DNA of 51,171 bases, the filler included, from Catajapyx aquilonaris (Eukaryota): assembly GCA_000934665.2 (NCBI GenBank). It is 2 parts of 2 records of this genome, joined end to end, with 100 filler letters (N's around TTAATTAATTAA, not from the genome) between each part and the next. Parts side by side here need not be neighbours in the genome. Positions count along the whole stretch, not along the records: positions 25,637 to 51,171 come from JYFJ02005354.1; 1 more part is not named here. One strand, 5' to 3'. Positions within the stretch are counted from its first letter, which is position 1. Each line of letters opens with the position of its first letter. Under the pieces are notes generated by a model. It did no database searches. It saw only the letters and a program-made list of their open reading frames with translations, and was not told the origin of the DNA. A program made the translations under genes and the position numbers. Below are positions 33,543-46,038 of the stretch, piece after piece.

Positions 33543-35508
33543 TTATGGTGCAGTGACGTAAGGGAATTCCACAGGGCGTAGCTTCATTTCGGTGTTTTTA
33601 AGGGAATAGTAATTTCCATGCCAGGTTTGCCATTGCACACCTTCACCATATGGCGTGTCGTTGCTTCGCAGGTACTGCCCATTTAAATTGGACTGAAATG
33701 CATCCAGAAATCGCCATTTGATTAGGTAGATGAAATGTACGAATGACTTGCAAAAAATACGATTAGGAGATTTTCAAGATAACTAACCATTTGACAGGAC
33801 CTGTACCACCATGCACCAAAATACTTCATGGCACAGTTCCCCGTAGAAGCATCATTGTCTTTGTCCATAGTGGAAAACTGGTGACCATTTTGATAGGCTA
33901 AAGAGTCACCTGGAAGTGAAATGTACATATAGGGTATTATTAGCTTGTCAAAAACAATGGTGTCAATTTATTAGATCAGGTAATTATATGGGCCACCTGT
34001 TTTGCCTGGTCCAATAAGATTTTTGGTGCAATTTTTGGCTAATAGTGCCTATTCATCAAAATAAAAGGGGAAGCTGGTATACAACCAGCATGCAGTAACT
34101 ATAGCAGGCGATCAGATTCAATAGTACAAAACAGTGGAATTAATCATCTATCGTGATGTGATGACTTGCCTGCATCGCCAGAGAATCCGTCCACCAAAAG
34201 CCTGTAGTTGTTCGCTTCGTCTGATACATGGAAACGCGAATATTTGGCGTATCGCTTGCCGCAATTGCCACCTTCAAAATCTCCCAAGTCGACTCTCAAC
34301 GAAGAAGGTTCATACGACGACAGGGAGTTGATGTTGTCCAGACCTGCAGCAGGAAATGTGAATTATAATAAATTATCAAAACATATTGCTTATTGCTCTG
34401 TGTTCCGATATTTGTAAATGACATTATTTGACAACTTGTCGGATATTCTTGCGTCTTACCCAGCCAGAATTCCCTCTCGAGGTCTCCAAATCCAGTCTTG
34501 TATGATATCCAATTTCTGAAGAAATCTATAGGAGGGGGGAAATCTGCTCTGCGTTGGAACACTGTCCAGCCTCCACCATCAGTTTCCAAGTCGCAGTACA
34601 CCTGGAAGTAATGCAACAATTATTTTCCGTGTTTCACTCTGTCAGTGAGAAAGTACTTTTACAAAGTACCTTTGCTTGTATCAAATAGGTCACTTATTAC
34701 CTGGAGTTCTTTGTCGAACATTTGAATCGTGTATACCCCGCTGACTCGATGATGTCCTAAGATCTGGATTTCGGCGCAACTTCTGGGAGCATATCTCTCT
34801 GCCATAAATATGAAATTTACGTACAATATTGGAGCATTATTTGCAATACTTTTACAACCAGGACCAGATGCGATCAAGACAGGGTCAAGGACGTGTATAC
34901 TGTATTCCACGGGAGAAGTGAGCCGGAGTCGCGTCTACGTTATCGTGAGAGCACGTCCTCTGTCTCGATCGCGTCTGTCTCTTTAGTTGTAATTTCACAT
35001 GTATGTTGTTACTTATTACATCACGAGCTAATATCCTGTTCCTTCTGCATGTAACTATACTGGGGCTTAACGTCGGCCTATTTCTGCCTCTAAGGCTCAA
35101 CACCGACGCCAGGGGGTGATTCTCCTCCTGGAAATTTGGCCACTCTGGGGATCTTTAACGTGCACTCGAGCAATGTCACAAGCACACGGGACCGACGGCT
35201 TTACTTCCCCTCCGAAGGAAGGCGCACTGTAGAGAGTAGAGTGCATCAACTAAAAGCTTCTGCATTGTTTGGAAACCGCCTTACCTGAATCAGTGTTACT
35301 CTGACCTTGCAGGCTGCTCCTGATCGGAAATAATATTTTAAATGTAGAGCTAAACTCCGCCATTGGTCAGGTACGTGGAAGAAGAGGGGACTTGGTATAT
35401 GCCTACCTTCTCCGATGGACCTTGAACTTGGATGTCGCTGGCGCAAGACTCTTGAAGTTTCAAGATCGTCAGTGCAAATATGACACAAAAATTATGGAAA
35501 AGTTTCAT
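33543..35508 (-). CDS. Fibrinogen-related protein (techylectin/ficolin-like) copy 1; exon-2 acceptor mutated
   Basis: Exons 35508-35407, 35324-35285 (acceptor CG), 34798-34701, 34601-34460, 34343-34170 (GC donor), 33909-33788, 33692-33543. FReD motifs [21 protein letters not shown]...[24 protein letters not shown]. Confidence 0.8.
35060..35236 (-). mobile_element. SINE central-domain fragment (Deu/Nin-like)
   Basis: Minus strand CTTCCTTCGGAGGGGAAGTAAAGCCGTCGGTCCC...GCACGTTAAAGATCCCC, a motif recalled from arthropod SINEs. Absent at the paralogous site in copy 3. Confidence 0.55.
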
Positions 35509-35649
35509 TTTCGAGCTTATTCCTCATCGAAGCCCACACTGAATTCTGTCGATGTTCAATATATTGTGACAAAGTACATGATAAGATATTGCACAGTTCT
35601 TGGGCAACTGTACAGACCGATGATATCAGGATAAGATAAATAAGTTACG

Positions 35650-36880
35650 AGGTATCTTGGTGAACTGTTGCTCATGGGGCTGTACACATAATTATTACGT
35701 CATCATCGAGGGAGGTGGGGTGGCAGGGGTGGGGGGGGGGGTTCAAAAATGTCAAAAATGTGATGAGGTAATTTGTGTACCACCCCCACGTTTAATAAGC
35801 TAAAGAGTCACCTGCCAAAATATAAAGCACAAAAATAAGATGGTATTATAGATCGCCAAAAAACAAAGATAGGCCTATCAATAAGAGCAGGGCTCAGTTT
35901 ATGGGATTTTACCTATTATGCTTGGTCCAATAAGATTTTTGATGCAATTTGTGCCTGATAGTACTTACTAAAAAGGTGACTTCTCAGGCGACTATTTTTC
36001 ATACGATCAGCTTCGATTGTGCAAGTACAAAACAGGAGAATTTTTATCGTCCATCGCATGTACTGTACGATGTGCTGACTTGCCTTCATCCCAGAGAGTC
36101 CGTTCACCGCAAGCCTATAGTTGTTTGTCTCGTATGGTATACCTGGAAACGCAACTATTTGGCGCATCGCTTGCCCCCTTCAAAATCTTCCAGGTTCACT
36201 CTCAATGAAGAAGGTTCATAGGCCTCCACCGTCACTCTCCAGGTTGCAACACACCTGAAGTGATTCAACGATACTGGCCTTTCGTTGACTTATAGCCTCA
36301 CTATGTCTGTCAGAAATTAATTTTACAAAGTAGCCTGTGTTAATTGTATACAAGTTTGCTGCAAATTTTGGATATTTATGTAAAATATGGCGATATGGTC
36401 AAGGAGCAATATTTTTACCATTATTACTACCATAATATTAGTTATTTTCCTACTTTAAGGACTGGCAAAGTTTCAGCTTTCACGCATCATAAAAATGACC
36501 CGATGTTAGGTGAGCGTGGAAGATGAATGCTTTTCGTTACACAGAAAAACACTGATTTTATCAGGTGAGTACCGACATTATTGCCTCATCTTGAATGTTG
36601 GTAGACATGGATTAACGCAATGGGTAGCCTTCTAGGAATGTCAGCACTGACAAATGAGATATGAGCGACTGTGGCTATATTATCATAAAAGGAAAATGTG
36701 CAGAAATTGATAAATGAACTCAAACAGATTATACTGTAGCCTACGTAAGTTATATTGCGTAGATAATAATTCAGGTCGTGGAATGCGTAACAATTTATTG
36801 AATCGTGTATACCCCGTTGACTCGATGATGTCCTGAGAGGTGAAATTCGGCGCAACTTCTGGGTTCATACTGTATCTCTC
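35650..36880 (-). pseudogene. Fibrinogen-related copy 2 (pseudogene)
   Basis: Exon-3 remnant (PRSCAEFHLSGHHRVNGVYTIQ*), exon 4 fused to exon 5 by a deletion near 36221, exon-6 stub near 35650-35811. The 5' part is lost beyond the Helitron. Confidence 0.85.
35676..35787. mobile_element. Small Tourist-like MITE
   Basis: GGGGCTGTACACATAATTATTACGTCATCA...TGATGAGGTAATTTGTGTACCACCCC; absent at the paralogous site near 43250. Confidence 0.65.
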
Positions 36881-36909
36881 TGCCAAAAATATGAAATTTA
36901 CGAACAAAA

Positions 36910-38031
36910 TCTATATAAATAGAGCCGTTTGTGATCTGTCTGTCTGTATGTCTGTCTGTCTGTCTGTCCGCCTGGAACGCCAACCGTCATTTGCCGGCCA
37001 TCTGACAATAAGTTTGTAGTGTACAGCTAAAAGTTCATTAGAAACATGGCGTAGACTATAGATGGTCCAAAACATTCAGATATGTTATTAAAATCATGTC
37101 CTTGAACGTCTGACCCCGCCTAGGGGTGCATGTGGATGGATACTGTCCACGGACGTGACAAACTCTCTGTTTATTCCACGTAAAACGTGGTTTAGGTTAC
37201 AAACTTGTAATTTAAAAGAGTAAGCTCTTTGTACCTAATAGCACAATCATGTACTTGAGCAAAAATTGAAATTTGAACTGCTTACCTACCTTTACCAGGT
37301 GCCACATATGTGACGCACTGATCTCGACAGTCGACACTTCACTAAATCTGACGTTTAGAGCAGAATTACACGCCTTCAAGCAACCAAACCAAGAGGTTTT
37401 TGAGACTTCTCAATATGGCTGCATTAGCAAAAGCAAAAAGACCAAAACCCTGTATAGTGCTGCTTCCTGGATGATTTTATAAAAGATTTTGTTTTTGTCC
37501 ACGGACGTGACGAGAAACCTTGGGACAAAATTCCTCTGGCAATAAAATCGATGCAATTTGGAAGCTCCGGACAAAGAATTCACTAGCCTTTACGTTCAGT
37601 ATTCCTTTCTCCATTACTCTAATATAAAAAGTGAAATAGCATAGTCTTATGCCTTGCATAAAAATTGACAAAGCTACGAAAGTGAAGGTTGGGACAGTCC
37701 ACGGACGTGACATGTCACGCTCTGTGACATAAAGAAAAACATGAAATAATTTTCTCAATATATATTTGCTATGTGCTCATATTCCGCAAGTTGCAATCTT
37801 ATTTCTTAGTATGTTAACTGGTTTTCAGATGTTATATTAAGTCCAGAAATTAGCTGGGACACGAATTGCAGGTTTTTTCACTATTCACCCATATCTGAGG
37901 GGTCAAAAATTCAGGGAGGAATACACATAGCTGTGTAGTCTTTTAATGGGCCGCAAATATAGGTACACTACCCCTACCTTTACCAGCACCCACAACATAC
38001 CCGGGCAACGCCGGGTACGCTGATACTGTAG
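36910..38031 (+). mobile_element. Non-autonomous Helitron
   Basis: A|TCTATATAAAT 5' end, (CTGT)n microsatellite at 36928-36968, 3' hairpin TACCCGG-GCAACG-CCGGGTA (37998-38017) and terminal GTAG|T (imperfect CTRR). Confidence 0.7.
37131..37893. mobile_element. TIR element nested in the Helitron
   Basis: Imperfect TIRs TGTGGATGGATACTG / CACTATTCACCCATA; internal GTCCACGGACGTGAC three times (~37145, 37497, 37697). Confidence 0.55.
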
Positions 38032-38432
38032 TTATTAGATTAACAAAGGAAGCCATTTCATTAAAGGGGTGCAGTACCAAAAATGCAGTAACAATGCGGA
38101 GCCCTTGGTGACGACCCCAACAAACTCGTATCCATGATGGGTAGCATATAGGGGGGTTCGACATGTCTACATTTCTGTGGCCGTAGGCTACGCCCACAAA
38201 AATGGTTCAATCGACACTCATCTTAAAAACTATGAGATATTTATGTGGAACTTGGGATGCTTACTACAGGATGTGTACAGTGTATTGTGAGAGCCACACT
38301 ACTGCATGGGTAATGCAGCATTATATTATACAAACCAGTAAATAGCATAGAACTAAATTATTCATTCCACTTCACATATTAGCTAGTGCTTGTCTTTATT
38401 CGTATTCCAATATGCACACTTGACCAACGTCT

Positions 38433-41400
38433 TTATGGTGAGGTGACAACAGGAAAGTCCACAGGGCGCATCTTCATATCTGTTGTTTTGAGGGAATAGT
38501 AATACCCATGCCAAGTATCCCACTCCACGCCGTCAGCAAATGTTGTGTGGTTGCCTCGCAGGTACTTCCCATTTAAATTGGACTGAAATGCATACAGAAG
38601 AGCCATGTGGTAACGCACATCCAAACTACAAATGAAATTCAAGAAAAAAATGGTGAATCATAAGGTTACTGACAAAGTGACATGAATTGTACCACCATGC
38701 ACCAGCATACTCCACTGCACAGTTGCCATTATAAGCATCATTGTCGCTATCCATAGTGGAGAACTGTTGCCCATTGTGATATGTTAAAGAATCCCCTGGA
38801 AGCGAAATATGCATAGGGTATTAGCTCGTCGTCAAAAAAATGGTATCAGAAAGAGCAAGGTACTATGGGACACCTATTTTGCAATAATCCAATAATATTT
38901 TTGGTGCAAGTGCCTGCTGGTGGCTCCTAATAAAAAGTAAAAGCAGTTATTTACTGTACAGTACATTGACTACATCGCATGTGATTAGCTCTGATTGTAC
39001 AAAGCAGCAGAATGTATCGTGTAGTTATTTTACGATGAGACGACTTGCCTGCATTGCCAGAGAATCCGTCCACCAAAAGTCTGTATTTGTCTCCTTCGTC
39101 TGATACGTGGAAATGCGAATATTTGGCGTATCTCTTGCCGCCTTCAAAATCGCCCAGATCGACTCTCAACGAAGAAGGCTCATATGATGACAGGGAGTTG
39201 ATGTTGTCCAGACCTGTGGCAGGAAATGTTAATTATAATATTATTATCAAAACACATTGATAATTTGTGTTCCCATATTCGTAAATGCCCTTTTTGTGAC
39301 AACTTGCCAGATATTCTTACCGAGCCAGAATTCCCTGTCGAGGTTCCCAAATCCAGTTTTGTAGGATGCCCAATTTCTGAAGAAGTTCATAGGAGGGGGC
39401 AAATCTGCTCGTCGTTGGAACACTGTCCAGCCTCCACCGTCAGTCTCCAGGTCGCAATACACCTGAAGTGATTCAACAATGGTTCTGGACTTCCATTGAC
39501 TTAGCCTATAGCACCTTTATGCTTGTATCAAATAAGGTCATTCTCTGTTTACAAGTCTCCAACAAATTATGGAAATCTATGGACAATATGACGATAGGGT
39601 CATGAGCGTTTTTTTTTCAATAATTTCTACCATGAAATTAAAGTCATTCTTTAACTTCAAGGACGGGTAAAGTTTGAACTTTAAACCATCATGAAATTAG
39701 CTAATGCTTAAGTATGTCAGTGTAAGAGATAAGAGTGGGGTAATAGGCTATATTGCTTTTCATTGCGCAAGAGAATAATTTTATCAAGATAGTTATTGCC
39801 TAGATTGTGCCTCATCTTTAAAGGGACACTCTACTCAAAATACAAGCTGCATTTAAATAACACAATCATGTTCCAAATAGTATCATTTGTCACCTTTGGT
39901 AGAGGCATAACGTGATTTGGCCTCAAACAAGACATAATTATGATATCTGTGAATGTGATAGGTTTCAAAATTTCCAATATTTTCCCACAGACAGTAATAA
40001 TATCTACACAATATTACCTGTCACAATTCATCACTAAAATAATACAAAAAAGAAGAGTGTAGTGTGTTTGGACTCAGAGTGTTGCAATGATGCTGTGTTT
40101 ATGCTTGGATTGTTTTGCTATTTTCAATTTTTTCCTAGCTCTCCTAGTTATGACAGGTAAGAATACACTTGAAATCCCTTCAAAATGACTATAATCTCAG
40201 GTAAAAAAATCTGGGAAAGAAAGCTTGCCAAATTCTTGAGAAAGGTTTATTTTTGCGAAAAAGCGCATCTTGGGGTCAGTGGGTGTATTTAGTCAGACTA
40301 AAACTTTTTAGAAAACATGATTTTTTTACATGAAGTCAATGATTTTTTGCATCTTGTGTGAAAATAGTCTAATTTATTTGCAACCTACCTTGCAAATATT
40401 TCATATTTTTCCACTCGTGAACGAAAAAACCACAAAACATGTCGTAGAATACCCCTCATTCATGTTACTGTGTTGAGACTGATGGTTCTCTTTTGTATTG
40501 ATTTGATCGGAATTAAAATAACATGATCTGTAAAATAAATTAAATGCTGTAATTATCGAACCAAAATCAAAACAATTGAAAGTACTAATTTATATCATTC
40601 AGTATGGAATAATTCAATACTGAATTTTTAACAATGAAGTCTCAAGTATAATATTATTATACATTGGAAACTTCGAATTCCCCGGGTGTGGGGGGGGGGG
40701 GGGNNNGGGGGGGGGCAAAATCTTAGTTGGCACCGGGTGACAAAGAACCTAGTTGCGCCCCTGATGATAGTAGCCTACATATAAGTTATTGATGTGGGTA
40801 TATCCTTCCAACAAGTAAGTTACCATACTGAGATAATTCCCTCCTTGTGCTGATGCAGGGAGGAAAAATAATAAAAATTGAACGATTGATTGATTGATTG
40901 AAATTGATTGGTTGATTGAAATTGATTGATTGAAATTGATTGATACTGAGATATTGGTGACTGTGAGGTATCATAAACGGAAAAGGTGCCAAAAATTGAT
41001 TAATTAATTTCAGCATGCATTGCATAGACGATACAGTTCAGGGAACACTGTAAATGAAAACTTACTTGGAGTTCTTTGTCGAACAATTGAATCGTGTATA
41101 CCCCGCTGAGTCGGGCATGTCCTGAGAGCTGAATTTCGGCGCAACTTCTGGATGCATATCTATCTGCCATAAATATGAAACTCATGTACAAAATTGGAAA
41201 GAATCATATCCTGTCGGTAATGCTTTTATAAGAATGACCATACGCGCTCGAGATATGGTCGAGATGACATCATTGTATACTGAATTCCAAACTCGACCAT
41301 CTCGAACGCGTGCGTCCCTTTAGTATAATATTTCACATGTATGTTGTTACTGTGTATTTGTATCAATATCTAATAGGCCAGGTGAGGGTGCTGCGGGTCA

Positions 41401-42335
41401 AATTGATAGCATTGGTCTATGGAATGTCTGTGCAAAGTGGCTTGGTTTCTGCAAGAATTTGCAGCGTTTTTGTGTGTACCGCTGCTGGTACTAACACTTA
41501 AGAGTCGAGCGCGCGGACGGCGCGGCCGGGCGCGCGCAGGCGTGAGTTCAAGTCCCTGTAGCTCTGTAAATATGGACTGCAGCTGGAAAACACATTATAT
41601 AATTCTTGTAATAAATATCCTCGTCTCTAACTTTTATGGAGGACATTTTCCGCTAGAAGGTCCCGTTTAGGCAGAATACTCACCTTTCTTTCACATTTAC
41701 CTCTGCAAAACACAGGTTTTCCACTTCAAAGTTAAATTTTTCAGTCATATACTTGCGTAACACAGGAAACTGATCGCATATCGAAAGGTGCATGACTGCA
41801 GATTGTTACGGTGAAAAAACGATGCCTCTACCACAAACCGTTCACTCGCTAGAGACAATGAAAGGAATATTCAAGATGGCGGCCATTTCCCCCCTTAAAA
41901 ACGGTGACGCGCACACGGGAGATTAGGGGACTTTTGATGTGTTGTTCACCACTACCATAGAATGTCTGTGCAAATTTTCAGCTTTACATTATTTTTTTAA
42001 GGGTAAAAACCTAATGTGCCTGGGCTATAATAGACTTGTACAGTACAAGTAAGTAACTATAGAATGGATGCTAAAAGCTGCCGAATTGTTTGGAAATACT
42101 TACCCGAATCAGTGTCACTCTGATCTTGCAGGCTGCTCCTGATCTGAAATAATATTTTTAGTACGTAGAGTAGCTAAAACAGTCCATTGGTAAGGTACGC
42201 ACGTTAAATAAAAAGCACTCGGAATATGCCTACCTTTTCCGGCAGACCTTGAACTTGGATGACGCTGGCATCAGATGCTTGAAGTTTCAAGATTGCCAGT
42301 GCAAAGATGACACAAAAATTAGGGAAGAGTTTCAT
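38433..42335 (-). CDS. Fibrinogen-related protein (techylectin/ficolin-like) copy 3, intact, 272 aa, secreted
   Basis: Exons 42335-42234, 42143-42104, 41163-41066, 39462-39321, 39213-39049 (GC donor), 38795-38674, 38582-38433 = 819 nt in frame. Signal peptide [20 protein letters not shown]; complete FReD domain. Confidence 0.92.
39822..40456. mobile_element. Kolobok-like MITE (degenerate)
   Basis: TTAA|AGGGACACTCTAC ... GTAGAATACCCCT (10/13 TIR match); right TSD not preserved. Confidence 0.45.
41376..42025. mobile_element. TA-flanked insertion in copy-3 intron 2
   Basis: Absent from paralogous introns; short imperfect ends TA|GGCCAGG..CCTGGGC|TA; GAATGTCTGTGCAAA occurs twice. Confidence 0.45.
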
Positions 42336-42617
42336 TTTCGAGCTTGTTCCTCGCTGAAGCCCACAGTGAATTCTGTCGATGTTCAATGGTGACAAAGTAG
42401 GCTACTGTACATGATATGGTCTGGCGACTTTCAGAAAGGGACACCTAGAGTAGGCACACCTTCTCTCCCTCCCGCCCAATGAGCTTTAAGTATTCTGTCT
42501 AATCCTGCCTCTGATTGGTGCTTTATGAAATGGCAACATATGTCACGTCCCTTTCTGAAAATGGTTAGATTTTTTTCTAAGATATTGCACAGTTCTTGCG
42601 CAACTGTACAGCGATGG

Positions 42618-43225
42618 CAGGGGTCGGAATATTCGGATGCAAAGGCGCAATTTGCACTCCAAAATTTATTGTTATCTGCAATCCAAACTGAACCTTTGAG
42701 TGCAAAGTTTGCACTCCATTTGGTCCTGCTTTTTAACATGGCTGATCCCAGTAATTAAGAATTAAGAACTCCAAGTAAGTAATTGAAGAGGCGGATTCCA
42801 AAGTCCCCTAAGTCAATTTTTGTTGTTTTGAGGTAGGGGCCTCGCTGAAGCTGTTTGTATAGCGGATTTCTGATAACACAACCGTTAAATCTGCCTCCCA
42901 TACTAGTAATTTGAAAAAAATATTGGACCCTTTGTTTTACCGCAAATATTTCACGAATGAAAATTTCAAATTAAGACTGACCTCGGCTGGGGGGGACTCA
43001 ATTTTGCGCCCCCCCCCCGCCCCCGCCCCCCGATTGGTCTGACTGTGGCTCCTGACCCCGCGACCCATACGCGCCGGCGCTGCCAGTAGATGTCATCAGC
43101 TCATTTTTCATGAAAATGGACTTAGGGGACTTTGGAATCCCACTCTTCAATTTGCACTCCAGATGAAAATCTGGAGTGCAAACTTTGCACCCGTTGACAA
43201 AACAAAAATTTAAATTCGACCCCTG
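42618..43225. mobile_element. hAT-like MITE
   Basis: CAGGGGTCGGAAT...ATTCGACCCCTG with repeated TTTGCACTCC subterminal motifs; absent at the paralogous site near 35620. Confidence 0.7.
42785..43148. mobile_element. Nested MITE with 4-bp AATT TSD (Sola-like)
   Basis: AATT|GAAGAGGCGGATTCCAAAGTCCCCTAAGTC...GACTTAGGGGACTTTGGAATCCCACTCTTC|AATT. Confidence 0.85.
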
Positions 43226-43411
43226 CGAAGGGTATCTTGATGAACTATTACCCAATTTGATAAGCTAAAGAGTCACCTGACAAAATATACCGTGCAAAAA
43301 CAATCAGTATTATTTATTCATTATTTATTAATTTTCATACCCCGTTTTGGGGGCCTGGGACCCCTTTAGGGGGACACACACTCTGGTGGTATACTGTGTA
43401 TAGTAGGCCTA

Positions 43412-43614
43412 CAGTTGAGAATCCTTTATCCGAAATTCCGAAATCCGAAAACCTCAAATATCCGAAATTTTTATGAGCACTGACATGACGCATCAGAAAT
43501 GGAAAATTCCATGTGAGTGTGACATGACTAGCGTCATTACCTGCATCTGCACATACATAAAAATATTAGAAATTATGTAAGTTATATGAAACTACCTGCA
43601 GGGTTGATGTATAA
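43412..43614 (+). mobile_element. pogo/Tigger-like terminal fragment
   Basis: TA|CAGTTGAGAATCCTTTATCCGAAATTCCGAAATCCGAAA...GAGCACTGACATGACG...GGAAAATTCCA, recalled as similar to Tigger4/MER46 ends. Confidence 0.6.
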
Positions 43615-44067
43615 CCTGTTCCAAAGTGCCTTTGCTTGTATCAAAATAAGGTCACTCTCTATTTACAAGTCTCCAACACATTTGATAGATACTACATATC
43701 TGGAGGTCTTTGTCGAACGATTGAATTGCGTATACCCCACTGACTCAGACATGTCCTGAGAGATTAATTTCGGCGCAACTTCTGGGTGCATATCTCTCTG
43801 TCATAAATATGAAATTGGGGTACAAAATTGTAAAAAAAGCACATGTTATTGGTAATGCTTTTACAGTAAGGACCACACGCGCTCCAGAAGTGGTCGAGAT
43901 GACATGATTTTATTTGGATTTTATACTGAAATCCAAACTCCGCCGTCTCGAACGCGTCGTCTCTTTAGTGTAATTTCGCATATAGGTACAGTACAGTATG
44001 TTGTTACTGGATACTAATCTTGCATCAAGATCGAATACCCTCTTGCTTGTACGGGTATGTAACTATA

Positions 44068-44541
44068 CAGGGTGTCCGTGAACTTGCCGTGAACCGACCA
44101 GTCAGGCCTGTACCCGTGGCTCAATACTGACACCTTAGGATCATGTTATGTAGAGGAGTCATTATGTCTGGGCAGCCTCATTACTGAGATAATCGTCTTT
44201 ATACGACAAGTACAAAGTATCCTGGGAGGTATGGAAACCTTCAGCCCCGAAATCGCATCACGGGTGAAAATAGCAGCTTTTCCGTTTGGCTACTAGCATG
44301 TCGCATGTGTACTGCATGTCGCATGTGTACTGCATGTCGCATGTGTACTGCATGTCGCATGTGATCTGCGACAATCTGTTACAATCTGTGACAATCACTT
44401 AGGCCAATAGATAAATCGCAAGTGATCAATTATCTCAGTAATGAGGCTGTCCAGACATAATGACTCCTCTACATAACATGATCCTCTCGTGTCATTTAAG
44501 CCACGGGTACAGGTCTGACAGGTCGGTTCACGCACACCCTG
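44068..44541. mobile_element. MITE with long TIRs and TA TSD, containing an 18-bp tandem repeat
   Basis: TA|CAGGGTGT...ACACCCTG|TA; the empty site is visible in copy 3. GCATGTCGCATGTGTACT about four times at 44296-44363. Confidence 0.9.
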
Positions 44542-45970
44542 TATAGAGTGCAGCTTAGTAAAAGCTGCCGCATTGTTTGGAATAAACTGCCTTACCCGAA
44601 TCAGTATAACTCTGACCATGCAGGCTGCTCCTGATCTGAAATAAAATTTTTAGTACGTGTACAGTTACTACAGTAGCTAAAATAGTCCATTGGTAAAGTA
44701 CGCTGAAGAAAAAGGTAGGCTACTCGGAATATGCCACCTTTTCCGACGGACCTTGGACTTGGATGTCGCTGGCACCAGATCGTCAATAATGCAACGATGG
44801 CACAGAAACCACAACGGAGCTGCATTTTTCAGTTTCTTTTCCGTCAGCAAATGATGTAATGCGGTTGCCTCGTAGGCACTTCCTGTGTAATGGAATTTCC
44901 TTTTGACTTGTGTGAACCCCCCCCCCCCCATTTGTTGTGNCATTTGTTGTGTGTACTGATAAGGATTATGTTGGCCACGGAGGTGAGAGCTTGTGGGAGA
45001 GAGAGAGAGACCGACCACCTTGGGGTGCGGTTGGGCATCCGGTCAATCCAGACGCTGTTATTTGGCCACTGACCAGACCGTTTACTTTGGGAGTGTTGAC
45101 AAGGACAATATAATTATTTTATCTACAAATCCATCGTATTGGGACTTTATTTGGGGTACCTCGTTACATCCTGTTTATATTGGCCAGAAATACAAATAAT
45201 ACATTCTGAATCGCCATGTGATAACGTAGATCAAAAGTACGAATCACATGCAATAAAAATATCAGATGATGCAAGAGGTTACTGACCGATGACAGACAAG
45301 CATTGTACCACCAAGCACCAGAAAACGCCACCACATAGTTTTCATTTTTATGGGAATTATTGTCGCTATCTAAAGTGGAGAACTGTTGCCTATATGATAT
45401 GATAAGCTGAAGAGTCACCTGGAATCGAAATATTCCTTGGATATTGTCTTGTTAAATGAATGGCATCAATGATCAGGTAATATTTATGGGACATCTGTTT
45501 TGCAATCGTTTGCATTAGCTGTTCAACTAATGAGATGTGTTCGGTATATATTATTTTGGTAATAATGAACAATTTCTTTGAACCAGCTTATTTACTCAAA
45601 GCATAACGTGCTTTACAGTATTTATCACCTCGGATAGTCTTGACTAATATCAAGGTGCACGGCAGTGCACCCCGCCAAGTCATCACTCCACACCACACAC
45701 ACAGTCTACATTTCGACACATCACCTACTGCCACTTGTCATGTAACCAGGCAACCAAATAAACATGCACTGCTGTGGACCTTTTACTCTACCCTCTTCGT
45801 ATACTACATTTGACCTCCTTCCAGCTCAGCTCGGGAAAACGCTGGAGATCTGAGCTTCACAAAATAGAATGGCAAGGGCCCAGGGACCCTACAAAAAAAT
45901 ATTCATAATTTTGTGACAAAAGGTTCTCGAGATATAAAGCCTCAAAAAAGGCCATTTTTCTTCCAATAAT

Positions 45971-45972
<2 letters not shown>

Positions 45973-46038
<66 letters not shown>
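45973..46038. repeat. (GAT)n microsatellite within a putative Helentron-type element
   Basis: About 22 GAT units. Confidence 0.9.

Larger units (their letters stand above)
43233..44825 (-). pseudogene. Fibrinogen-related copy 4 (pseudogene)
   Basis: Exon 1 44825-44738 is 14 nt short (frameshift). Exon 2 44635-44596. Exon 3 43797-43700 with donor GT>AT. Exons 4-5 missing. Exon-6 stub at 43233-43277. Confidence 0.85.

Noticed and set aside
44840..45200. Possible SINE/LTR fragment replacing the last exon of lectin copy 5
   Set aside because: Clearly non-homologous DNA, but no termini or motifs that I can support.
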